From Hormiphora californensis (lineage: Eukaryota; Animalia; Ctenophora), in the NCBI GenBank assembly GCA_020137815.1, contig CM035354.1, forward strand, positions 8,556,001 through 8,620,000: a stretch of DNA of 64,000 nucleotides, read 5' to 3'. Below, piece after piece: positions 1 to 13,272 of this stretch (position 1 is its first letter; each line of letters starts with the position of its first letter). The notes below the pieces were generated by a model. The model ran no database searches and was not told where the DNA came from. It saw nothing but the letters and a program-made list of their open reading frames with translations. Position numbers and translations under genes: made by a program.

Positions 1-1636
1 GTACAGAATAAGGTATAAAGTCGGATTTTTTGAAGTTGTCACCCCCAAATGCATGTGTATGTGAAATTTATCAATTTTGACACACGCTCCACACGTTAAT
101 ATGTGATAGATACGCAAAAAAACGCATGTTACCACGTACAAGTGATGATCTCTGGTAGCACTCGAGTTCGTGTTAAAGTTACACCAGGCACGCTGTGTAC
201 TGTTATCATTAAGTTATTAAATCTTACATTATAATCGAGAATCTAACTTTAAATCGCTCAAGAAAACGGAAGTTAACATGAACAATTTTCTGCATTGATC
301 CGATAGAACCATATGGTTCGCTTTTTTGTAGTTATTATTGCAGATCACGCGTCGCCATGTCAATCTCTTTCAGTTAGTTAGTAACTGTATCACCAAGAAA
401 ATAGTGCAGCTGTTCATAACAGTGCTTTGCCAAATATAACATCCCCTTAGCGTAAGATAGCAGAGCACACCTGTCGATATTCCATGACAACCCACCGCAA
501 TGTGCTATTACACCTCTCTCATGATGAATTACTGCATATGTAAACAAAAATATCGGGAATATATCTGAAAATAGTAAGGAGAAAAAAAATCTCTAACCAC
601 GGTTAATTTGAGTGTATATTTGAGGTCAGATCTTGAGGTAATGCCAAAAAAGTCAAAACCGTCCTGAAATTTGCGATAAATCTGGCTGTTTTTGACCTGA
701 CTTTTTATAGGGTAAGCTGGGGCAAAAGTGGCCCATTTTTAACGTTTTAGGTTCTACAATACGCAATTTATACAGCAGGAAGAAAAAATATATAGGCTAT
801 CCATTGAGACGTTTTCCTTTCAGCCGAACTAGATTTTAAAATCTGCAAGTTTTTTTTAATGGTTTAATTAATCAATTCAAATAATTTGGTGAGGCTTTTT
901 TTGGAAAATTTGCACTGGGGCAAAGTGGTCCAAGCCAATAGCATTACTCAATTTTATCACGTGACTGATGTTGTTAAAACACCGATAGTTGGGGCAAAGT
1001 GGCCCATGTTGTCTCCAGCAGCTTCTGTTCTGGACCACTTTGCCCCAGTACACTGTGCAGTGTCACGTGGTATTGCAAGCTACATTTCATTGGTCCAAGC
1101 AGAAAAAGAGGACCAATCAGGATTGGGGATTAAGAAATGCTACTGTGTGTATGTATTACACACACACACACTGTGTAACCATGGTAACACACACACACAG
1201 CTCCTGTTTTGGACCACTTTGCCCCAGTGCATTCCAATGTCACGTGGTATTGCAGGCTCCATTTCATTGGTCCTAGAGGTGGACCACTTTGCCCCAGGGT
1301 CGACCACTTTGCCCCAGAGAGTGGACCATATTTGCCCCAGTTCGACTAATTTGACAATTTAATCAACTTAATACAAAGTAATACAAGATTTTTCAATCGT
1401 TCGATTGAAAAATCTTGTATTACTTTGTAATCAGCTCCAGAATCTTGATCCTGTCGAGCGCTTTACCAGCAATCCCTTTATAAGCAAAGATAATCAACTT
1501 AATATGTAGTGAGTTTTTTGAAAAATTTTTTCCCTGCCCGAAGGGCATTCACCCGGGATGACCCTTTTAGGACGCACGTGCTAAAAAGATCGTTCAGGGT
1601 TTAGAAATCAGCAGATCGTGGGGTTAACTAAATGTG

Positions 1637-1885
1637 ATTTAGTAGATCTCATCCTTGATGTGGAGAGTATAGGGTGTAAACAGCAAAAACAAGATGAATT
1701 CAACGTTTTGGATTTAATATCCTTTATCAAGAAAGGTTTTCCAATTTCTTGATAAAGGATATTGAATCCGAAACGTTGAATTCATCTTGTTTTTGCTGTT
1801 TACACCCTATACTCTCCACATCAAGGATGAGATCTACTAAATCATATTTTACACCCATCCGCCACATCCGGCATCCCAGTCCACA
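1637..1885 (+). mobile_element. Short Penelope-like (PLE) remnant with inverted 5' segment forming a ~210-bp palindrome
   Basis: Near-perfect inverted repeat 1635-1844. It contains CTTGATAAAGG...CCGAAACGTTG, which resembles PLE hammerhead-type motifs. It is flanked by a 13-bp direct repeat TTAACTAAATGTG (1624-1636, 1886-1898). Confidence 0.5.
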
Positions 1886-2176
1886 TTAACTAAATGTGTC
1901 CGTCCGTCACAGACAACGCTTAACAACAAGTCTGCTCCTTCATAAAACTTTCATCTCACGCTTCGTTGATTCAACAAAGGAAATGATTAACTCACATTGT
2001 GGGGCGCAATTACTCGCTGATAGCACTTCCCACTATCACCCGAAATCACTTTGGGCGCCCTAGTGGTAGAACGTCTTCCAAGCATGAAACTACTTTCACA
2101 CTAGTAACTCGAGTTGATATGCGGTTAAAGTTGAAGCACTTGGTAACCAACTGGGGTCTCCTAAGCAACTGCCTCG

Positions 2177-2273
2177 GTTGCCATAGCAACTGTCTTGGTA
2201 CCATAGCAACTGCTTTGGTTACCATAGCAACTGCTTTGGTTACCATAGCAACTAACCTAGTTACCTTAGTAAC
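2177..2273. repeat. ~21-bp tandem repeat, each unit carrying an X-box-like GTTRCCATAGCAAC
   Basis: Units at 2177, 2197, 2218, 2239 and 2260. Confidence 0.8.
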
Positions 2274-4329
2274 CAACATCGCATCAGCCAAAAACTACTC
2301 TTTGAGCACAAAATTCATCCGGAAATCCAGTTTTGAAGCTTATTCATCAAATTTAAATCCAATTGTGGAGGGAAACGCCGCATTATGAATACATAATGCA
2401 ATAATACTTGTTATATCAAGTTTTAGAAAGATAAAAAAAACCTAACTGGCAGCTTTTGCAAAATTAAAATTGGCCAACTCAAACAGAAATTACAGCAGTT
2501 TTCAAGCAAAAATCCGGAACAGAACGAGCAGGTCTCCGCTGGAGAAAAATCACGTGACCACACGTTATTCATAGGGCCAATTTGTCCCATAAATGGGCCA
2601 CTTTCCCCGGTGGACCAATCTGCCCCATCCATTTGACTTGAAATTTGGAATACATACCCGGCTTGGGGTCTTTGACTCATGTTAAAAATTTCAAGTCTAT
2701 CTCATCTGGGTCCGGAATTACAGACTGGTCCCATTTGCCCTAAATTCAGTGTAACGGACACACATAGGAGAGACGCTTTTTCTAAGCACAGTTCTGAACA
2801 AACGGAAAGATATAGAGACTTCTCGTTTTCACTAGCTTGTAAATCTACTCAATTATTGTGTTATTAGCGGGGTGAGGTTTTCCATCATCCCCAGGAACGC
2901 CCTACAGAACGTCACTTTTGATACACTTACCAAACTTCTTTGAGCTCAATTTACACCCTGAAGACGGATTCAAATCGAAAAACGAAGACCATATCATGGA
3001 AAGAGGATTGTCACGAATTTTCAAAACCAGATGTATAAGGGTCTTAAAACGCGTCTAAAGTGTTATGACTGCTTAAAATTATATATACCCTGCTAACTTA
3101 AATAATGCGCCAGTTGCGAGAAGTCCCACTGGCGCGCTCTCAATAAACAGCTAGTCCAGCGGCAGATTATTTCCCACTGGCAGGTTATTTATTTTTAACT
3201 CCTATGCAAAATTCAAAGTGTGTGTCAATGATCAGTTCTTACTAAAATACAGAGGGAACACTATGTGCAACACTTACTGCACACTACATTGGAGAGAAAG
3301 AAAGGACACATTCCGTCAATTACTCTCTCTTTATCTCCCCTCACTATCTCTTCCTCTGTGTTATGTGTGACATGCCCCTTATCAGGCTATTTCTTTCACT
3401 CTCTTTCCTTAGCAACTGCTTAGTAACTGTTACCAAACAGTGTACACTCAATTATGAGGTGTTTTTGACTGTTTCTCAGTTCTCTTTGTGTGTTTTGAGT
3501 AGTGTTCTCTCTCTTGTTAGTGTGTAATACTTGAAACAAACAACTAAAGCAGGGTATATAACCTATAAACTCTTGTCACTGGCACGTTATAGGTTTAAAC
3601 CCCTCCGCCTCTCCCTCGGCTACGCCTCGGGATCGTCGTCGTGATTTAAACCAGTTTATCCGCCAGTGGCGGATAAACTACAGCTAGCTTCTCCCAGCGG
3701 CGCGCTGGGAGAAAGCTATCTGAAATAACGTGCCACTGGCAAGAGTTTATACCTCATATATGACGATATGGGGTTTTTCGCCATAGCGGACTCAAATCTC
3801 ATCTAGTCAATCTCAAACTTGGTCAGTATCTTTATCTAGCTAATCCTGATAATATTACGTCATCGTGATGACGTTATAACGTCGTGACGTCGCGTTATGA
3901 CGTCAAAATGACGTCAAAAATGAAAATTTCGCAATTTCACGATTATAACCTCTCTACCTGTTTTACTACATCTAAATGGATAAAAATCCCAAAAATGATG
4001 CATATTATACCAAAACTAATTGAAATTAAAGGGCCGGAAAGGTTATATATATTGTACACCACAAGCATTGTTACACAAAATTAGTTTAGAAATTTTTCCA
4101 ACTTTCGTTTTCGTGTACTAGAATGCCGTTGAAGTAGATCACCCGTTGACCCGAACCCCACACTCTCCCTCACCCAGGAGCACCCCTCTCACCTGCTGCA
4201 CTAACCCGCACGTGCAACCTCCCATACCCCTTCCAGGGCACCTCCGTCCTCCTTGACAACCCCCCTTTATTTGCACGTGTGGATACTACATCATACTCCT
4301 CAAGACGTTCATTTCTACTTTATAATTAG

Positions 4330-5457
4330 TTAAGGATACTCACCTAAATTAGTTGTAGTCATGGGACCGGTTTTGGTGAACCCTGTTACCATTGTTTCAG
4401 GAGAAATCTTACACTTTCCGCCGCACATTTTCCCCTCCAAGAAGTGAAGTTGGAAGTTTTTGATACGGCAGAAATAGATTACAGGGTTTAGCGTACTGTT
4501 GAGAGCGGGAAAAAGTACTAATATCATGAACATGAGATAGCTATCAAGCCAAGTATTTCCAAATGCTGCAGTCATAACTTTCTCGTTCCAATCACCCAGG
4601 GTATAACCAGTACTAGCCACTAACTCCACTAGTTTCACAAGGATGAATGTTAGTATGACGATAAGCGGAATGTTGAACACTATATAAAGTAGGGTTACTA
4701 TAATCACTGTAACACCTGCTTTTCTTTGCCTCTTAGTCGAGCTGTTAATAACTTTGCTGGCGGTACTCGATTTCTTCAGAAACCACAAGGACATTCCAAA
4801 CGAAATTGAGATGGGGATAAGGGCCATTACTGGAACGGATTGGTACACAACCAGAAAGGTGACAGCAACATGAATTTGTTCAGTCGTCATTTTGTCATCT
4901 TGGTCACAGGTTCGATCGTAGGGAGAAGGGCCGCACATCATCCACTCAGGGAAATATGCAACATGGACATATGGTGCAAAGATGAGGGCTGTTGACTCAA
5001 TCAGTACTGTGACGATGAATACTAGGGGGGCAATCATGGCAATTCTTGGATTGAGATGTCTTCCTGGGTACCACAATGCAAAAAGTCTTGAGATACTCAA
5101 CATACCTACCAAGAATATGGAGGACTGTGTAAGAATCCAGAAGGCGATAAACATACATTGACACAAGCCATAATTGTTTGAGAGCCAGCCGGTTCTGTTT
5201 TCTGAGTAAGCAGAGTTGATTACACAAAAGTTTTGGAGGCAGACACAGCAATCCACACATGTGATTATCATGTAAAGGTACTTAAAGTACAACGAAGTTT
5301 TGTTTCGAGCTGCCTGGGTCTTAAAATATAGAAAACTCAGGATGTTGAACGCCGAACCAAGAAGAAGGGAGAACAAAAGAACTGTTCCAAAAATATCATC
5401 CAGTACTTTTGACGGAGTCTGGAAGTCGGCTGACATGCTACAAGAATTTAATAACAT
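4330..5457 (-). CDS. Intronless class A (rhodopsin-like) orphan G-protein-coupled receptor
   Basis: Seven hydrophobic helices; GSAFN in TM1, D in TM2, Cys at the start of TM3, SISR at the DRY position, FNIP in TM6, NSTLNPVIY in TM7. First ATG at 5457 (alternative 5436); the ORF-track start at 5574 is non-ATG. Confidence 0.9.
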   Translation of the reverse strand: MLLNSCSMSADFQTPSKVLDDIFGTVLLFSLLLGSAFNILSFLYFKTQAARNKTSLYFKYLYMIITCVDCCVCLQNFCVINSAYSENRTGWLSNNYGLCQCMFIAFWILTQSSIFLVGMLSISRLFALWYPGRHLNPRIAMIAPLVFIVTVLIESTALIFAPYVHVAYFPEWMMCGPSPYDRTCDQDDKMTTEQIHVAVTFLVVYQSVPVMALIPISISFGMSLWFLKKSSTASKVINSSTKRQRKAGVTVIIVTLLYIVFNIPLIVILTFILVKLVELVASTGYTLGDWNEKVMTAAFGNTWLDSYLMFMILVLFPALNSTLNPVIYFCRIKNFQLHFLEGKMCGGKCKISPETMVTGFTKTGPMTTTNLGEYP

Positions 5458-6789
5458 ATCATTATTAGTATAACTAGAAACTGTGGCGATCGTACCGATC
5501 GCCAATTCATTCCCTATTATACGTAGAAAACTCAACAAACACCACCGAATCAGCAGGAACACACCACCCACCAATCTGCACGTGCAGTATCATAATATTC
5601 TCCCCACCAATACCCTTACACGGCGTGATACACATTTCTATTTGGAATTTCTATCTGGAGTTTCTATTTGGAATTTCTATCTAGAAGAACCGCACGTGCA
5701 GATGCGCCGCGCCACGGCTCATATTCACGTGCGAGATTAAACAGAGAGACGCACATTAACGTTATACGATTGTCTCTCACTCTCTCTGATATCCCCACCA
5801 GCCATAACAACTCCTCAATTTGCACGTGTAAATTTCCGCAAGGTAAGATTATACAGTAAAAATTTGTTATGTTCTAACACAGTCTAGTAAAAATATATTA
5901 TGTACAAGAAATGAAATAGGAACATATCAAAATGCCAGGTTTGACCCAGAATCGCACCTTTAGGAGCCATAATCAAAGCTGTAACCACTGAGCTACTATT
6001 TTTGCAGCTCACTTATATATCAGCCGATAATACTAAAGAGTGAGTAACGTAAATACTACGACTATACAACATAAAGGTGTGATGACGCTGAGTATGGAGA
6101 CGGCTAAATGCAGTTGCCATGCCAACATAGACAATGACTTGGGACGAAGGAACATAATTGTGCTGTTCATCCAACAGCAGACGGGTTTGATATCTTCCGA
6201 ATTCTAAAACCGGCCTTATAATTTTTGGAAGGAGGGGTGTCAAGTTAGTTCATGTTAAAGTAATGATCCCAGTCCCTGTCGGAGATTGGATATGCCAGGA
6301 CTTATTTTAAAGTTCTCGTCTTGATTGACGAAAACGGTGACTTTTTGCTTTAAAAGCCTTTCCTTACCACTGTAGCCAATAAAACTTTACAGGCGACTTT
6401 AGGGATATTGACACAATATATATCGTGATGCAATTACATCGGTACGACGTCACTTATTACGTCATAGTGACGTCATAGTGACGTGATTTTCTAAGAAATT
6501 CGTCTCGTTTCTCATAATCCATAGTTTCGACAATATTTGATCATAAAATAATGTCATACTGACTTAAGAATAAAAAAAGGGACCTAAATTAAGCCAAAAA
6601 CTAACGAAAATGAGTTGGCAGGAAAGGTGGCCCACTAACACCTCTGCCTGCTGCCGGGATCAGAGATATAGGAGGTGAGTATGAGTATGAAATAAGACGG
6701 TGAAAGAGGAAATAAATAATTTTTCGCGAAACTTCGAACTTTACCGCGAAAATTCAAACCGCGAAACTTTTAGTGTGTTTCACACGGTT

Positions 6790-7100
6790 GAGAGTTGAAC
6801 ACACGCGACCAACTTCAGTGTGTCTCCACCCTAAGCTCCCACCAGATCACAGTCTCTCGCGAGATACAATATGATCAGGCCTACTTTGGTCTCAGGATGA
6901 AGCCAACCATTCTCTACCCCATATCGAACAGGCTTCTCCAGCTAAACGCCTGAATTCCATCGGGACCACGTCCTCTCTCCAAGCGCAACATCCCATGAAC
7001 CTCTAACTGCATGGTCTCTACAGCCCTCTCTTTTTGTAGCCTCTTACGAACTCTAGATCGATCACAGCACTTCTCCTCTCGGTGTCCGACACTTTGTCCC
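6790..7100 (-). mobile_element. Highly degraded fragment resembling the C-terminal region of an RLE-type (R2/NeSL-like) non-LTR retrotransposon
   Basis: QLEVHG...SWRSLFDM..(F/I)L...CDL...DTLK remnant across frameshifts; weak similarity recognised by eye. Confidence 0.25.
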
Positions 7101-8040
7101 AAGGCTACGTCTCTGACAACGATATATGATAACGCGTTATATTGGTATTTCTTCTATAGGCGGGATTTCGTAAAAGCCAGAGTTGCACCCCTAGTAGTCA
7201 GAGTTGTAGTGGCCAGAGACGTGGGTAATCAGTTCCCCCCGTATAGGAGATTGAGATACCGAGGAAGGGAATGGGAGTTCTTGGAACCCGGCAGCAGCAA
7301 AATGTGTAATTCCATATATATAAATGTGTATGACGGACTGTTATACAACTTGAACCCAAAACGCCCTAAATTTCAAATTGCGGATCGTTCAGGCTACTGC
7401 TTGCTGCTACGAGGCTTGTAGCTACGAAGCCTGAAAAGGGTGTACAGATCAGGGCCACCTGGTGGAGCCAGGTGGGTTTGTCATCATCCTTGCGGGTGCG
7501 CTAGTTCTGATAAATGTGGTAAATAAAATTTTTTGAATGATCCATAAATGTGTAATTACTGATTGCGTACAGGTGTACACTTAACTTAAGGGGACAGGGA
7601 ATTTTATCATCAAATAGGGAAATTTCAAATTACAACGAAATGATGTATTTAGGACGTAACACACGTTTCATGGAATCCCTGACGGGAAACCAATCATCAA
7701 ATTAGTGAAGCTATTGGAATCTGCCTACTGAGCCCCTTAAGATTTTAGCTCGAACAATTAAAGTACATGCAGTCAAACCTCGATTTACCGGACGGATAAT
7801 TTTCTCCATGTAAGACTAAGAATAATAAATGAATTTTACATATATCTCACTATACTGAATGCAAATCCTCAAACGGACAAATACACGTCCAAATTGATGG
7901 GTTGTTATGGTTGGTGGGTAAGGGAATTGATGGGAAGATTGGGTAACTGGTGATCACGTCATAATTTGCATAATTATTAATAGTAAGAGAACTAGAACTA
8001 GGGCAGGGTCCCCAAGTAAAAGACCCGACTTCCCATTATA

Positions 8041-8985
8041 GTCCACGGAAATGGATAAGGCGGACCGATATGGTCACGGTCAAAAAGTCTGCTGAAAATT
8101 GATATATTTTTGAATGTACTCAATCGTGGATAAGATTCACTCAATAGTCAAATTTTCCGAACTCAGCCCACTCAAAATTGTTCAAATTTAATTAATCTGA
8201 AAAGTCCAATTTAATTGCGTTATTCGTTTCTCTGTAATCAGCACTTAAAAAGTGTGGATAACAAATCGTGTGGATAACGGGCTCAACCTCATGATGATCG
8301 TGCTAGCAATATGAAATTTTAGTATACACAAGAATGGGTACTCACAATATGAATAAGCTTGGTTTTGTCAACTTTTTTACTCAACTTGTGTGGATAACAT
8401 CAGTTTCAATCATAAATTGTTACTAAACCGTATGAAAGAGAGTACATTTGGTATTTATTTCGGGTTTATTGGCTAGGGCTAACATTTTTCTTCGAAAATA
8501 AGCTTTCACTTTAACAAAAGGATAACTCAACCGGCGTGGATAACTATTTTTGTATCCTTTGGTCAGCATTTAACATTTCGATTCTCAATTATCCACATCG
8601 ATTGAGTAAGTTATCTGACCAGAAAATTACAGTTAGAGACCGCCTCAACCAACCAGGACAGGTATCGATTAGGAACATTTTGCAAGTTGAGTAACCAAAA
8701 TTGTGGATAATTTACGCACCGTCAAGTTTGGGAGGCTGTGTATCCACCATGGTTGAGTAAAATTGACTCAACAGGTAACACACATATATGTGTGTTACCT
8801 GTAGTTTCAGCAGCCTAGCGAGCAGGAAATGCACGTTGCACGTGATTTTATGCTGCCATTGTGTGCGGCTGGACTGGTTTTCAGGTTTTGAGTAGTGAAC
8901 ATCATATGGCGGACTGAATGTGCAAGGATACCATGTTCCGAATTGCGTGGCGGGCCTTGGTCCGCCTTAGTCATTTTCCAGGGAG
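8041..8985. mobile_element. Non-autonomous TIR element (TA-flanked, Tc1/mariner-like MITE)
   Basis: Imperfect ~26-bp TIRs (GTCCACGGAAATGGATAAGGCGGACC / GGTCCGCCTTAGTCATTTTCCAGGGAG) flanked by TA; multiple internal GTGGATAA motifs. Confidence 0.6.
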
Positions 8986-10330
8986 TATAATGCCGCTCCC
9001 ACTTACAAGTGGTTCGTAACGTGTTTTTACCTCGCTCGACCCTGATTCACCATGCACCGCACATACATGTATATACATGGCAAAGGAGGTTAGAAGTGTT
9101 TTATATATTTCATACTCTCTGATTGAGTTATTACACCAGATGTGAGACTAACAAGAGAAAACGAGAAATGAAGCGATAGTAACAAACTCAAAATAGCAAA
9201 TATTTTAGCCGACGATCTATCACGAAGGTGTTAACTCGAATAATTACTGCGTTATGTTTCATTAGCGGTCCTGGGCCATCCTACGATGGCTTGCAATCGT
9301 TTGTTGATGGTTGAAGAATGAAGGAATCGACTTCGGATCTCTATCTATCTGTCTCTACCTCTTTTTATCTCTCTCTCTCTCTCTCCCTATCCTTATCTCT
9401 CTCTCTCTCTCTGATGTGATCTGATGACGGGAATTTCCCCTGCCTTCACCCGAATGCCTTTTGCAAAAAAGGTATAGGGGTTTAGAAATCTGTAACGGAC
9501 ATAGTGACTATATGTGTAGCACGACCAGCAAAGATCTTCCATTTCAGTTGCGAGGGGCAACGTGTAGCAACTAGAACACAAAAACATACTGCTCCTTCAT
9601 AAACCACTTCGATGACACGTTTTCAGAAAATGTGCGGCACGCAATTCCGTAATATGGCGTGCAATTTAGTGCTACTAAAACAAAAGGATTTGTTCTATAC
9701 CGTTTTCGAATGATAAATAAATGATCGGAAATGTCTGTGCCGCCTTCACAGTTCACATTAGATATGGTTATGAAAATAAAGGTTAGCGGGGAAACATAGC
9801 ATTATAAAAAAATGCGGTAGGTTTTAGACAAGACTGAGTTCGCCCTACAGCCCAAAAACAGGCTTCTGTTCAATACGCAACCTTTACTTTCGGTCCCTCA
9901 TGCTCATATATTTTATGCAGCATTTATTCTTAAAAGGCACTTGTCAGCGCTGCTTTTACATGTATAAACGTGCAACGAGGACGAATATGGTTAAAATCTG
10001 GGCCTCTGCTGCGTGTTTTGTGTCAAAATTGGGAGATCTCACGCCACGAGCTTTGACTGGTTTCGCCGGTGTTCCCAGTGATTCACCATCAATCTTTCAA
10101 GATCGCTTCGTGAAAAGTTCCTCTATAGAAGAATACGACCCTATTACGACGTCGTTTTTGTAACTTTTTTGCGCTGTTGCAAGAACGGTGTCGTTAACGG
10201 GGTCGTATTCTGCACACGCGGTCGTTTGTTGCATAAACGAGGTCGTTTGACTCCGTTAACTGAGTAAAACGACGTTATTTAAGTAGAAACCATATTTTTG
10301 TTGCTCAAGTGAGGTTTTATATTATATTAA

Positions 10331-10503
10331 TTAAGCCAAAAACTAATTGAAATTAGTTGGCGGGAAAGGTGACCCACTTACACCTTTTGCTACTGCCGGG
10401 TATCACCACGAACTCTCATCTATCCCTCGGTATCTCAATCTCTTATTTTTCGAGGGAAACTTATTCCTGTTCGTTCTATGCCTCTCTCCTCCCTGTCTCC
10501 CTG

Positions 10504-10535
<32 letters not shown>

Positions 10536-12170
10536 ACTATCACACTATCTTTCACTGTCTTATTCCATTATATTCACCTCTTATATCCCTGATCCCGGCA
10601 GCAGGCAAAGGTGTAAGTGGGTCACCTTTCCAGCCAACTAATTTCAATTAGTTTTTGGCTTAATTTAGGTCCCTTTTTGATTTCTAATCGCAGCATGACA
10701 TTATTTCATAATGTAATATTGTCGAAATGACGCGCTATATGAGAAACGAGACGGATTTCTGTGAAAATCGTATTTTAGACGTCATAATGACGTCATTTGA
10801 CGTAATTAGTGACGTCGTAACGACGTAATTGCATCACGATATATTTTGAATCAATACCCCAAAGGAGCTTGTTAAGTTTTATTGACCACAGTGGTCAGGA
10901 AAGGGAGTTTTTGCTCGAAAAATGTTCAATTTGCTGAATTTTTCGTCAAATTTTTGACTTCCGACGCGATTTAAGGGCTCAAAATGATAAGCTACGAAAA
11001 TTCGAAATATAGTATCTGAAAGTTCAGACGATTTGCCGGTAACGATTTTTCGTCAAATCAGAAATCGGAACACGTCTTCAGGGTGCTAGAGGCTTTTGAA
11101 AAAAGTTAGTCGGTCTCGCGCAATGACGTCACTCGTGACATCATTGCGCCCGTCATAGGTAAGATGGAGAGTCGCCACCCAGATGGGTACATGCACGAGA
11201 CAATTATCTGTCGAATGCCGCTTGGTTTAAGGTCGTACGATGCCTGGTTCGTCTCAAACTGGGACCAAACGGAAGGTAACAAAGCGTCTATACATCTATA
11301 TATATATATGTATATATATATTAAGCCAAAAACTAATGAAATTAGTTGGCGGGAAAGGTGGCCCACTTACACCTTTTGCGGCTGCCGGGTATCACCAGTC
11401 ACCACGATACCCATCTCACTCTATAGCACTCTCTTTCACTGTCTTATTCCATTATATTCACCTCTTATATCCCTGATCCCGGCAGCAGGCAAAGGTGTAA
11501 GTGGGCCACCTTTCCCGCCAACTAATTTCATTAGTTTTTGGCTTAATTTAGGTCCCTTTTTGGCTTCTAATGTCAGTATGACATTATTTCATGATGTAAT
11601 ATTGTCAACATTATGTGTATATTAGAAACGAGACAAATTCCAGTGAAAATCCTAATTTTGACGTCATGTGACGTAATTAGTGACGTCGTAACGACGTAAT
11701 TGTATCACGATATATTTTGAATCAATACCCCAAAGGAGCTTGTTAAGTTTCATTGGCCACAGTGGTCAGGAAAGGGAGTTTTTGCTCGAAAAACATACAA
11801 TTTGCTGAATTTTTCGTCAAATTTTTGACTTCCGACGCGATTTAAGGGCTCAAAATGATGAGCTACGAAAATTCGATGTATAGTATCTGAAAGTTCAGAC
11901 AATTTGCCGGTAACGTTTTTTTGTCAAATCAGAAATCGGAACTCGTCTTCAGGGTGCTAGAGGCGTTTAAAAAAAGTTAGTCGGTCTCGCGAAATGACGT
12001 CACTCGTGACGTCATTGCGCGCGTCATAGGTAAGATGGAGAGTCGCCACCCAGATGGGTACATGCACGAGACAATTATCTGTCGAATGCCGCTTGGTTTA
12101 AGGTCGTACGATGTCTGGTTCGTCTCAAACTGGGACCAAACGGAAGGTAACAAAGCGTCTATACATCTAT
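10331..12170. mobile_element. Two head-to-tail copies (~0.97 and ~0.85 kb) of a non-coding repeat with asymmetric (terminal plus subterminal) inverted repeats
   Basis: 10331-11297 and 11321-12168 align over most of their length and are separated by (TA)n. Each starts TTAAGCCAAAAACTAAT...CACC, with the reverse complement 200-330 bp inside. A partial inverted copy lies at ~6340-6710. Confidence 0.75.
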
Positions 12171-12179
12171 GTATATATG

Positions 12180-12792
12180 TATCAACCTAGTTATCCCCAC
12201 ACTGAATTTTCTGTTTTGAGGGTGGTGTTAGAACTTTTGAACAAAAAGAGCTAGCCACTTGAAATTTTTACCATCGATAGATGTCTACAAGAAGCTTCTG
12301 AGTACAAAATTTCAGCTTCCTAGCTCATCCGGTTCCGGAGTTATAGCGTGTCAAAAAGTGCCAAAGTGGGCTAAAAGTATGAAATAACTATATATACGCT
12401 GTGAGCAAGCGGGCCGTTTTTTGGGGGAATTTTTTTCGGGGGTTGGATGGGGCCACCTTTGCGCTTGCCAGCGCAGTGATATATGTATCAACTATCAACC
12501 TAGTTATCCCCACACTGAATTTTCTGTTTTGGGGGTGGTGTTATAACTTTTGAACAAAAATAGCTAGTCACTTGAAATTTTTACCATCGATAGAGGTCTA
12601 CAAGAAGCTTCTAAGTACAAAATTTCAGCTTCCTAGCTCTTTCGGTTCGGGAGTTATGGCATGTCAAAAAGTGCCAAAATGGGCTAAAAGTATGAAATAA
12701 CTATATATACGCTGTGAGCAAGCGGGCCGTTTTTGGGGGAAATTTTTTTCGGGGGATGGATGGGGTCACCTTTGCGCTTGCCAGCGCAGTGA
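12180..12792. repeat. Tandem duplication of a ~313-bp repeat unit
   Basis: 12180-12480 and 12493-12792 are near-identical. Their end, CCTTTGCGCTTGCCAGCGCAGTGAT, is the reverse complement of the repeat terminus at ~21971. Confidence 0.85.
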
Positions 12793-13272
12793 TTGATTGA
12801 TAGTCAATTAAAAAGCTGATTCGAAGAACACTCATCGCAGCTTGCAATTCATATAATTGATAGACACATTCAACGGCTCAAAAATTCACATTTTAGAGTC
12901 TTTCCAGCCACTTTTTTTCGAAATTCTGAGACCGAAAAACACATCCAATCACCATAAAACTTTGGGATTGACATAGAAAATACCCAAAAAACATTTTAGC
13001 AAAGTCGCAGCACCAGCAAAAAAATTCCTTCTGGTAGTTTTGATGCCAAAAACACACTTCCTGGGGTGCTAGAGCTCCGAAAACACCAGGAACCTTGAAT
13101 GAGAGTATAGAATAGTCCAATTAGTATAAAGTTTTATAAGCTAATCTTGCAAACTTTTTTCTGGGTGAAGCCCAACGCTTGTAAAGATCCTAAATGAACA
13201 CCCTGTATTACTACTACTACTACTTATATATATATTTCTTTATTCTATTTAACACACTAAAAGTTCGCAAAA

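Larger units (their letters stand above)
240..6205 (-). pseudogene. Possible decayed multi-exon 7TM/GPCR-like gene (two exon remnants at ~6013-6205 and ~240-564)
   Basis: The minus-strand segment ~6205-6013 reads ...LAWQLHLAVSILSVITPLCCIVVVFTLLTL*YYRLIY and ends at a GTGAG donor. The segment after the TTTTCAG acceptor at ~565 reads YIPDIFVYIC...(frameshift)...STVMNSCTIFLVIQLLTN*KRLTWRR. These are TM5-7-like hydrophobic blocks with in-frame stops. Confidence 0.25.

Noticed and set aside
886-1362. 158-aa ORF
   Set aside because: It runs through repeated GGACCACTTTGCCCCAG motifs of a non-coding repeat; non-ATG start and no domain features.
8120-8750. Cluster of TTATCCACA/TGTGGATAA (DnaA-box-like) motifs suggesting a bacterial oriC
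   Set aside because: It lies inside a TIR-bounded element in intron-rich animal DNA with no bacterial genes nearby; better explained as internal repeats of a MITE.
9890-10130. Exon-like unique sequence that might be the missing sirtuin 5' exon
   Set aside because: No GAGxS or DxRG motif seen, and the minus-strand frames contain stops.
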